A stretch of 32,000 bases of DNA from Pseudorhodoplanes sp. (GTDB lineage Bacteria; Pseudomonadota; Alphaproteobacteria; Rhizobiales; Xanthobacteraceae). The translations under genes were made by a program, and so were the position numbers. The stretch lies in assembly GCF_046289595.1 (NCBI RefSeq), contig NZ_JBKBVB010000002.1:15433-47432 (forward strand), in the 5' to 3' direction. Below, piece by piece: positions 16,160 through 23,525 of this stretch; positions within the stretch are counted from its first letter, which is position 1; every line of letters starts with the position of its first letter. The notes under the pieces were generated by a model. The model ran no database searches and was not told the origin of the DNA. It saw only the letters and a list, made by a program, of their open reading frames with translations.

Positions 16160-17698
16160 TCATTGCGCCATGACCGGGACTGTCGTTTCAACGACCCTGG
16201 GCTTAACCCCGGCAAGTTCAAGCACCGCTTTAAGGACTGCATGTCCCGGTTTCGCGCCGGCTTCGAACCGGCCGACAAAGGATCGCTCGAACGGATTGCC
16301 GGGGTCGGACGCGGACGGGTCCGGTTCGAGCGGGATCGCGACCTCGTGCCCGTCCGCCATCCGCCGGGTCAGTTTGATGCCGGCAGGGTCGACGCTGGTC
16401 CGGTCGCCGAGCCGCAGATGCACATAGACCTTGCCAACGTCGCCGGTGCGATAGATCGGCTCGTCCGGCTCCACCTTGACGCCCACCAGCTCGGTCAGGC
16501 TGCCGTCGACGGAGAGCATCCGGCCGCGCTCGCGCACCGGCACGGTGGCGATGGCGCGCGCGACGCTTTCGGTCAGCGCCACGCGCAGGAAGTCCTGAAT
16601 CTGCGGATCGTGAAGGATGCGGTGGTGATCGGAGAAGCTGGTCGGGTGGAATGGCGTCTGGCCGATTACCGCACTGTCGCGGATCACGGTGCCGTCGCCA
16701 GCCCAGCTATGCAGCACGGTCAGCACCGCGGGCCCTTCCCCGTTACGAAATGCGGCGCGCTGCGGCGTCCGCTGATCGAGCCCGACCAGCAGCACGTCCT
16801 CGACATCGCGGGGCATCGGCATCGTGATCAGCGCCTCGAGTTTCCGGATACGTCCGAAGGTTTGCTGCAGGTCCGGCATGGTCGTCGTGTCGACCCCCTC
16901 CCAATGCAGCGCAGTCCACATATCGCCGCGTGCCGGATCGAATGCGTCGGCGGTGTTGCCACAGCAGTCGTGATAGCGCGGCATCAGTTCGAACACCGAG
17001 GGAAACGACAGCATGGTGCGGCGGAATCCCTCGAGCCCGCCCATCGCCGGATTGAGCGCGCCCCACCCTTTCTGCACGGTCTGGAACACCTTGACCGAGC
17101 CCTGAAACGGCGCCCCGGCGCTGAACAGACGCGCCACGCGCTCGCCGCCCTCGTTCGCCACATAGATACGCGCAACAAGTGCGCCCATGGAATGCGCAAG
17201 AATGTCTACCTTGCCGTCCGGCACCTTGTCGCGGATGAACGCGCCGAGCGCCCTTGCGTTATCGAACGCCGAGCGCCGCCAGTCATAGGCGAATACGAAC
17301 AGATCGCGGCCCTCGCGATATCCGGTCTTTTCGAGGTGGCGGATGATCGGCGAATAAACGTCCTGCGCGTAGACACCGAGATAAACGATCTCACGAATAA
17401 CGCCGCAGGGCCTGATCGGATCGCGCGCATCCGGCCGGTGCGACAGACGAATGGTTGGAAACTGCTTCAGTGCGCCGACCGTCCCCCACACGACCTGCAC
17501 TTTCTTCGGATCTTTGGGGTCGGGGCGGCAGAGGCGTGAACCGAGGAGACCGGGAACCAGAACCAGCGGCCGCTGGACGCCTGGGCCAGGCTTTGGCGTG
17601 ACCTGCTGCGCAGATACCTGCGGCGCGGCGCATAGCGCCAGAGATAGAGCGGCGGCATACCAGCAATGCCGAATGGCCGGGGCGGGCAACGTGACCAT
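16160..17698 (-). CDS. Secreted LCAT-family (lecithin:cholesterol acyltransferase-like) lipase/acyltransferase with an extra C-terminal domain (512 aa)
   Basis: Signal peptide MVTLPAPAIRHCWYAAALSLALCAAPQVSA/QQ. The nucleophile elbow is AHSMGALV, with downstream GDGTV and DHHRIL (a Ser-Asp-His arrangement as in LCAT/PF02450). The SD AAGGAGA (17705-17711) lies 6 nt upstream of ATG 17698. Confidence 0.8.
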   Translation of the reverse strand: MVTLPAPAIRHCWYAAALSLALCAAPQVSAQQVTPKPGPGVQRPLVLVPGLLGSRLCRPDPKDPKKVQVVWGTVGALKQFPTIRLSHRPDARDPIRPCGVIREIVYLGVYAQDVYSPIIRHLEKTGYREGRDLFVFAYDWRRSAFDNARALGAFIRDKVPDGKVDILAHSMGALVARIYVANEGGERVARLFSAGAPFQGSVKVFQTVQKGWGALNPAMGGLEGFRRTMLSFPSVFELMPRYHDCCGNTADAFDPARGDMWTALHWEGVDTTTMPDLQQTFGRIRKLEALITMPMPRDVEDVLLVGLDQRTPQRAAFRNGEGPAVLTVLHSWAGDGTVIRDSAVIGQTPFHPTSFSDHHRILHDPQIQDFLRVALTESVARAIATVPVRERGRMLSVDGSLTELVGVKVEPDEPIYRTGDVGKVYVHLRLGDRTSVDPAGIKLTRRMADGHEVAIPLEPDPSASDPGNPFERSFVGRFEAGAKPGHAVLKAVLELAGVKPRVVETTVPVMAQ

Positions 17699-17871
17699 CG
17701 CCCTTCTCCTTTTCGTACGCCTCCTGGCCCCGGGCTCTTGCGTGCGGCCGGGCCGACCCAATCTACCAGACTCCGCCGCACGCCCAGTCAGATTGTCGTG
17801 AAAGGCCTCCCTTCCGAAGTCTTTCCGGGCAGCATCGATCCACCTTCCGGCCAATTTGCGATGAGCAGCGC

Positions 17872-18951
17872 ATGACCCTGGTCAGCTTCGTTCTCGGACT
17901 CACCTTGCTGATTGTGGGAGCCGAGTTCCTGGTTCGTGGCGCGGCGAAGCTCGCGCTCACCTTCGGAATATCGCCGCTTGTCGTGGGATTGACCGTGGTG
18001 GCTTTCGGCACCGGATCGCCCGAGGTCGCGGTCTCGATGCAGTCCGCACTCTCCGGTCAGGTGGACCTCGCCGTCGCCAATGTGGTCGGCAGCAACATGT
18101 TCAACGTGCTTTTCATCCTCGGCGTGTCGGCGATGATCACGCCGCTCCTGGTGGACCGGCAGCTGATCCGGCAGGAAATCCCGATCATGGTCGGCACGTC
18201 GCTGCTCTTGGCCGCGATGGCGTGGGATGGGGCGATTTCCCGCGTTGACGGCTTGATCCTCACCGCTCTTCTCGCCGCCTATACCGTGTTTCTCATCGTT
18301 CAAAGCCGCCGGTTCGGCGCCAAACCGGAAGACGGCACAGAGGACCTCCCAGGGGCGGGCTCGGATTGGGATTCGACGGTGCCGGTACAGGCCGTCTTGA
18401 TCGTTGGCGGCCTGGCGTTGCTGATTGTGGGTGCGCAACGGCTTGTCGGGGCCGCGATCGCGTTTGCAACGTATCTCGGCGTCAGCGAGATGATCATCGG
18501 GCTGACGATCGTTGCCGCGGGCACGTCGCTGCCGGAGGTCGCGACCTCGGTCATGGCCGCGATCCGGGGGCAGCGCGATATTGCGGTCGGTAATGTCGTC
18601 GGCAGCAACATTTTCAATATTCTCGGTGTGCTCGGCCTGTCCGCCGCGATCATACCCGGCGGACTTGTCGTTGCGCCGGCTCTGCTCGCGTTCGATATCC
18701 CCGCGATGGTGGCGGTGGCGATCGCCTGCCTGCCCATTTTCTTTACCGGCAATCTGATCGCGCGCTGGGAGGGCGCGGTCTTTTTCGGACTCTATATCGC
18801 CTACACGGTGTATCTCATCCTGGCCGCAAAACAGCACGATGCCTTGTCGACCTACAGCTTCGTGCTCGGCACCGTGGTCCTGCCGCTCTGTGCGCTGACC
18901 ATCGCCGTCATTGCCTGGCGCGAATGGCAAAGCAGGCATCCCACATCTTGA
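17872..18951 (+). CDS. CaCA-family calcium/sodium antiporter (YrbG-like, 359 aa)
   Basis: Two alpha-repeat motifs are present: GLTVVAFGTGSPEVAVS...ANVVGSNMFNVLFILG and GLTIVAAGTSLPEVATS...GNVVGSNIFNILGVLG. Confidence 0.92.
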   Translation: MTLVSFVLGLTLLIVGAEFLVRGAAKLALTFGISPLVVGLTVVAFGTGSPEVAVSMQSALSGQVDLAVANVVGSNMFNVLFILGVSAMITPLLVDRQLIRQEIPIMVGTSLLLAAMAWDGAISRVDGLILTALLAAYTVFLIVQSRRFGAKPEDGTEDLPGAGSDWDSTVPVQAVLIVGGLALLIVGAQRLVGAAIAFATYLGVSEMIIGLTIVAAGTSLPEVATSVMAAIRGQRDIAVGNVVGSNIFNILGVLGLSAAIIPGGLVVAPALLAFDIPAMVAVAIACLPIFFTGNLIARWEGAVFFGLYIAYTVYLILAAKQHDALSTYSFVLGTVVLPLCALTIAVIAWREWQSRHPTS

Positions 18952-18985
18952 CATCGCGCGTTCCCGCCTGCGAAGGCTCTGGGCC

Positions 18986-19852
18986 ATGACTTCTGACATC
19001 GCTGAAAAAATCGCGGCCATCGGCCGCGTGATCGATCCGCAAAAGACCGCGGCACTATACGCACCGCTGCATAAGCCGGAGCCCTATGCCGGCGTGACCG
19101 TCACGCGCGACATCCGCTATGGCCCGGCGGGCCGCAATTTTTTGGATATTTTCGTCGAACAAGGCGCGACGGGCACGCGCCCGGTGCTCGTCTTCGTGCA
19201 TGGCGGCGGTTTCACCGGCGGCAACAAATCGACACCCGGCTCGCCGTTTTACGACAATGTGCCGCTATGGGCGGCACGCAACGGGCTTGTCGGCGTCAAC
19301 ATCACCTATCGCCTTGCGCCTGAGCATCCCTGGCCGGCCGGCCCGCAGGACGTCGGTGCGGCGCTTCAATGGGTGCGCGACAATATCGTGGATTATGGAG
19401 GCGATGCTTCGAAGATCGTGCTGTTCGGCCATTCGGCGGGTGCGACCCATGCCGGCAGTTACGCGGGTATGCGGCAATTTCACGAGCCCGACGGCATCCG
19501 CATCGCCGGCCTGGTTCTGACATCGGGAATCTACGACTTCACCGACTTTCCTCCGAACGAGGGCTATCGCTCCTATATCGGCAGCGACGAATCCCTGTAT
19601 CCGGCGCGCTCCCCGATCGGCGGGCTGCGCACGCTTGCGGTGCCGTCGCTGGTGGTCTGCGCCGAGTACGATCCCCTTCCGTTCGTGAGCCAATTTGAGG
19701 CGCTGCTCGCCGCCATGGCGAACGCGCCGGGCGGTCCTCCGATGACGCTATTTCTGAAGCAGCACAGCCATCTGTCGCTTGGCTATGCGATTGGCACGGA
19801 CGATACGGCGCTGACGGGGCGGATTCTCGATTTCATGCGGGGGCTGGGATAG
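18986..19852 (+). CDS. Alpha/beta hydrolase (esterase/lipase, HGGG-type, 288 aa)
   Basis: The oxyanion motif is VLVFVHGGGFTGGN and the nucleophile motif is LFGHSAGATH. ATG 18986 avoids overlap with the antiporter gene, whereas the ORF-track start at 18911 overlaps it. Confidence 0.82.
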   Translation: MTSDIAEKIAAIGRVIDPQKTAALYAPLHKPEPYAGVTVTRDIRYGPAGRNFLDIFVEQGATGTRPVLVFVHGGGFTGGNKSTPGSPFYDNVPLWAARNGLVGVNITYRLAPEHPWPAGPQDVGAALQWVRDNIVDYGGDASKIVLFGHSAGATHAGSYAGMRQFHEPDGIRIAGLVLTSGIYDFTDFPPNEGYRSYIGSDESLYPARSPIGGLRTLAVPSLVVCAEYDPLPFVSQFEALLAAMANAPGGPPMTLFLKQHSHLSLGYAIGTDDTALTGRILDFMRGLG

Positions 19853-19877
19853 GCGCGTTGCGGTCTTGGTGCTGCGC

Positions 19878-19913
19878 AAAAAAAGGCCCGGCATCCATAT
19901 CCGCGGCCGGGCC
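19878..19913 (-). terminator. Rho-independent terminator oriented to the minus strand (orphan)
   Basis: On the minus strand it reads GGCCCGGC-(13-nt loop)-GCCGGGCC followed by TTTTTTT (plus-strand A7 at 19878-19884; stem arms 19885-19892 and 19906-19913). The plus-strand side has no U-tract. Confidence 0.7.
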
Positions 19914-19975
19914 AAGTGGAGAGAGACGCTGCTGAAAGCGCCCTGCCCGGGAACACGCAAACCGGGCACAACTGC
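19878..19975 (-). ncRNA. Candidate small RNA (hypothetical) ending at the orphan terminator
   Basis: Upstream of the terminator on the minus strand lies a second hairpin TGCCCGG/CCGGGCA (19944-19968). Between them is a CU-rich single-stranded linker, ..GCGUCUCUCUCCACUU.. (19914-19943). I recognise no coding potential. The 5' end is not defined. Confidence 0.2.
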
Positions 19976-20120
19976 TGATAATTGACATGCCCCGCTTCGA
20001 CTGTGAGCCGCATCACACTGCACCCGAAAGTTTTCCCTTCGCTGCCGGACACATTCGGCTTTCGTTAAATGATGATTCAGAGCCGCGCCGTAACGTCGCC
20101 CCCCTCTAAGGAGGGATACT

Positions 20121-20498
20121 ATGTCCGAATTATTGAACTCGCTCGACAAAGCCATCGCCGCACACGCAACCTGGAAACGGCGCCTGAAAACGGCCGCGGA
20201 AACCGGCCAGTCGGATGTGAACCCGCAAACCGTCGCCGTCGACAATCAATGTGAATTCGGAAAGTGGCTTTATAGCGCAACGATCTCGCCGTCAGATAAA
20301 GGTACAGATTTCGACACCGTGAAGAAGCTGCACGCACAATTTCATCAGTGCGCGGCGCAAACTCTGAGCAAAGCCCTGAGACGCGACAAGGCTGGCTATG
20401 AAAGCGACATGAGTCTGACCGGCAGCTTCACCAGCGCTTCGGCAAAGCTGACCGAGGCGATGATGGCATGGAAGAGGCGCCTGGCCGCCAAGGTATGA
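20121..20498 (+). CDS. Stand-alone CZB (chemoreceptor zinc-binding) domain protein (125 aa)
   Basis: It fully matches the CZB motif Hxx[WFYL]-x21-28-Cx[LFMVI]Gx[WFLVI]-x18-27-HxxxH: H15-ATW, 25 residues, C44-EFGKW, 21 residues, H71-AQFH75. The strong SD AAGGAGGG lies 5 nt upstream. Confidence 0.85.
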   Translation: MSELLNSLDKAIAAHATWKRRLKTAAETGQSDVNPQTVAVDNQCEFGKWLYSATISPSDKGTDFDTVKKLHAQFHQCAAQTLSKALRRDKAGYESDMSLTGSFTSASAKLTEAMMAWKRRLAAKV

Positions 20499-20516
20499 TA
20501 CGGGTGTCCGGCAAGC

Positions 20517-20567
20517 AGAAAAACCCCCGCGGCGCCCCGATTTGCCCAACGAAATCGGGGCGACCGC
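20517..20567 (-). terminator. Terminator hairpin shared by the convergent CZB gene and rarA (U-tract on the minus strand)
   Basis: The stem is GCGGCGCCCCGATTT (20529-20543) / AAATCGGGGCGACCGC (20552-20567), with a perfect 11-bp core, a 1-nt bulge and an 8-nt loop. On the minus strand it is followed by GGGGGTTTTTCT. Confidence 0.6.
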
Positions 20568-20591
20568 ATGCGACATGCCGCTCGATGCGTT

Positions 20592-21929
20592 TCACGTCCC
20601 GGCCTTGTCGCGGCGCAGTTTCGCCCAATAGTCCAGACGCTTCCTGATCTCGCGCTCGAATCCGCGTTCGGGCGGGTCGTAGAAGGTCTGGCGGGGCAGC
20701 GCGTCCGGGAAAAAATTCTGCCCGGAGAATGCATCCGCGGTGTCGTGGTCGTAGGCATAGCCGCGGCCATAACCTTCGTCCTTCATCAGGCGGGTCGGCG
20801 CATTCAGGATGTGCTTCGGCGGCAGGAGCGAGCCATGCTCCCTGGCGCTCCGCATTGCCGCGCCATAGGCCTTATAGGCAGCATTCGATTTCGGCGCGGT
20901 GGCGACGTAGATCACGGCCTGCGCGATCGCGAGTTCGCCTTCGGGGCTGCCGAGGAAATCGTAGGCCTCTTTCGCCGCATTGCAGATCAGCAGCGCCTGC
21001 GGATCGGCGAGGCCGATATCCTCTACGGCCATGCGTACCACACGCCGCGCGATATAAAGCGGGTCTTCGCCGGCGTCGAACATCCGAGCGAGATAGTAGA
21101 GCGCGGCATCGGGATCGGAGCCGCGCACCGACTTGTGCAGCGCGGAGATCAGGTTGTAATGCCCGTCCTGGCCATTGTCATAGATCGGCGCGCGCCTTTG
21201 CACGATGTCCTGCAGCGCAGCCTCGTCGAAAATTTCACCCGGCCGCGCCGCGCGCCACACCTCTTCCGCAAGCGTCAGCGAGGCGCGGCCGTCGCCATCG
21301 GCCATCCGGATTAACGAAGCGCGCGCGCGCTCGTCGATCGGCAAAGGCCTGCCCTCGATCTCCTCGGCACGCAAAAGAAGTTTGCCGATAGCATCCTCAT
21401 CTAGCGAGCGAAAGACCAGGACGCGCGCGCGGGACAATAGCGGCGCATTCAGTTCGAAGGACGGATTCTCGGTAGTGGCGCCGACGAGCACAATGGTGCC
21501 GTCCTCCATCACCGGCAGGAACGAGTCTTGCTGGGCGCGGTTAAAGCGGTGAATCTCGTCGACGAATAGCAGCGTGCCCTGCCCGCTTTCCCGCCGCGCG
21601 CGGGCCTGTTCGAACACCTTTTTCAGGTCGGCGACGCCGGTGAAGATTGCGGAAATCTGTTCGAAATGCAGATCGGTCTGCTGCGCAAGCAGACGCGCGA
21701 CTGTGGTCTTGCCGGTACCAGGCGGGCCCCAGAAGATCAGCGAGCCAAGCGATCGCGTCGCCAGCATGCGGCTCAGAATGCCGTCGGGCCCCAGCAGATG
21801 ATCCTGGCCGACCACCTCGGCGAGCTTCTGTGGGCGAAGCTTGTCGGCAAGCGGACGCGGCCCCGCCTTGTCGAGTCCTGCGGCGGTGAACAGGTTCCGA
21901 CCGCCCTGTTTTGCGCGGGGCGGCGTCAT
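20592..21929 (-). CDS. rarA: Replication-associated recombination protein A (AAA+ ATPase, 445 aa)
   Basis: LADKLRPQKLAEVVGQDHLLGPDGILSRML...LIFWGPPGTGKTTVARLLA...LLFVDEIHRFNRAQQDSFLPVMEDGTIVLVGATTENPSFE. Confidence 0.93.
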   Translation of the reverse strand: MTPPRAKQGGRNLFTAAGLDKAGPRPLADKLRPQKLAEVVGQDHLLGPDGILSRMLATRSLGSLIFWGPPGTGKTTVARLLAQQTDLHFEQISAIFTGVADLKKVFEQARARRESGQGTLLFVDEIHRFNRAQQDSFLPVMEDGTIVLVGATTENPSFELNAPLLSRARVLVFRSLDEDAIGKLLLRAEEIEGRPLPIDERARASLIRMADGDGRASLTLAEEVWRAARPGEIFDEAALQDIVQRRAPIYDNGQDGHYNLISALHKSVRGSDPDAALYYLARMFDAGEDPLYIARRVVRMAVEDIGLADPQALLICNAAKEAYDFLGSPEGELAIAQAVIYVATAPKSNAAYKAYGAAMRSAREHGSLLPPKHILNAPTRLMKDEGYGRGYAYDHDTADAFSGQNFFPDALPRQTFYDPPERGFEREIRKRLDYWAKLRRDKAGT

Positions 21930-21936
21930 CGCGGCT

Positions 21937-23349
21937 TCATCCGGGAAATTGCGCCGTTACCTGCCGGCCGCCGCGCAGGATCGTGATCTCCCAGAAGCGC
22001 GCCGGAGCGCGGGTAGCGCGCTCCAGTTCCTTGCTGGTGCCGACACGCGCATCATTGACCGCCAGCACGACATCGCCGCGCTGGAACCCGAGCCGCTGGG
22101 CGACCGAGCCTTGCGCCAAATCAAGCACGACAACGCCTTCCGCGGAGGGATCGAGCCGCAATTCCTCGGCAAGGGCCGGTGACAGATTGCCGACTTTCGC
22201 ACCGGACAAGGGCGAACGCGATTTCAGCACCACTTCCTCGCGCGGCCGGTCCGGCGCGGTCTGCAGCGCCACCACGACCGCGACCTCCCGCCCGCTGCGC
22301 AGAACGCCGATCTTTGCCTGGCCGCCGAGCGGCCGCGTACCGAACCGGTATTCGAAACCGTTATGGTCCTCGACTTCCTGACCTTCGATCGACACGATCA
22401 CATCGCCGGTGCGGATGCCGGCGCGCGCCGCAGGCGAATCCTTGCTGACGCCGGCAACCAGCGCACCGGCGGCGCGCTTGAGGCCAAGACCTTCGGCGAT
22501 TTCCGGCGTCACGCTTTGCAGTTTGGCCCCGAGCCAGGGTCGCTTCACGGCGCTGCCGCCGCCGCGGGCTGACGCCACCACCACCTGGACCATCTTGGCC
22601 GGGATCGCGAAGCCGATGCCCTGCGAACCGCCGGAGCGCGAGAAGATCGCCGTGTTGATACCGACGAGCCGGCCGGACAGATCGACCAGCGCACCGCCGG
22701 AATTACCGGGATTGATCGCCGCATCGGTCTGGATGAAGAACTGATAATCGGTGATGCCAACCTGGGTGCGGGCGAGCGCCGAAACGATGCCATGGGTTAC
22801 GGTCTGGCCGACGCCAAACGGGTTGCCGATGGCGAGCACGAGATCGCCGACCTCCAGATCGTCGGAATTGCCGAATTCGGCGGCCGGAAACCGTTCCCGC
22901 GCGTCCTTGATCTTCAGCACCGCAAGGTCGGTGCGCGCGTCCTTCAGCACGATCTCGGCTTCGAATTCGCGTTTGTCGGCGAGCGAGACCTTTACCTCGG
23001 TTGCACCCTCGACCACATGATTGTTGGTGATGATGAAGCCGCTCGCATCGACGATGACGCCGGAGCCAAGCGAGCGCTGCATCTGCTCGCGCGGGATATT
23101 GCCGGGCGCACCGAAGAAGCGGCGGAACATCGGGTCGTCGAACAGCGGATGCCGCACCTCCACCGCGCGCGCGGCATAGACGTTGACCACGGACGGCGCC
23201 GCCCGCTTCACCACCGAGGCAAAGGACAATCTCAGCTCCGCCGCCGACCGTGGAACGGTTCGGTCCTGCCCCTGCGCCGGCGAAGTGAGCGCTGCCGCCG
23301 TGAGGCCAAAGGTCGCGCAGAGAATGCACAGGGTTCGGCGTCCGATCAT
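21937..23349 (-). CDS. degP: DegP/HtrA (Do-family) periplasmic serine endoprotease with two PDZ domains (470 aa)
   Basis: Signal peptide MIGRRTLCILCATFGLTAAALTSPAQG. The triad context is ITNNHVV, DLAVLKI and GNSGGALVD. ATG 23349 is chosen, and the ORF-track start at 23559 adds 70 unsupported residues. Confidence 0.9.
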   Translation of the reverse strand: MIGRRTLCILCATFGLTAAALTSPAQGQDRTVPRSAAELRLSFASVVKRAAPSVVNVYAARAVEVRHPLFDDPMFRRFFGAPGNIPREQMQRSLGSGVIVDASGFIITNNHVVEGATEVKVSLADKREFEAEIVLKDARTDLAVLKIKDARERFPAAEFGNSDDLEVGDLVLAIGNPFGVGQTVTHGIVSALARTQVGITDYQFFIQTDAAINPGNSGGALVDLSGRLVGINTAIFSRSGGSQGIGFAIPAKMVQVVVASARGGGSAVKRPWLGAKLQSVTPEIAEGLGLKRAAGALVAGVSKDSPAARAGIRTGDVIVSIEGQEVEDHNGFEYRFGTRPLGGQAKIGVLRSGREVAVVVALQTAPDRPREEVVLKSRSPLSGAKVGNLSPALAEELRLDPSAEGVVVLDLAQGSVAQRLGFQRGDVVLAVNDARVGTSKELERATRAPARFWEITILRGGRQVTAQFPG

Positions 23350-23525
23350 GCGAAATTCCCCAGAATCTGCGCCAGATATAGGCCGAACCGGGGAGCAATA
23401 GAAGGGCGGGGCCGTACACATGGCGTTCATCGCATCCAGCCAATAATCCAATCCGGCCAGAGACTTGTGCCGGACCGGCCGCTTTTGCATTACCGGCCCG
23501 GACGCCAGGGGAGCGGGAGATTTCA

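Noticed and set aside
16108-16278. The upstream start (16278 or 16242) for the pseudouridine synthase.
   Set aside because: It would overlap the 3' end of the lipase gene by 80-120 nt in another frame, and it adds non-homologous sequence. ATG 16107 is preferred, with moderate confidence only.
17861-17875. A four-codon mini-ORF (ATG AGC AGC GCA TGA) whose stop overlaps the antiporter ATG.
   Set aside because: It is simply the tail of a long spurious frame (17666-17875). There is no SD and no evidence of function, so it is likely chance.
19982-20010. A perfect TTGACA -35 hexamer (19982-19987) upstream of the CZB gene.
   Set aside because: No acceptable -10 hexamer occurs at 16-18 nt spacing (GAGCCG, TGAGCC, AGCCGC). 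I also looked for an EcfG-type GGAAC-N16-CGTT motif in 19949-20066, and the spacings do not fit.
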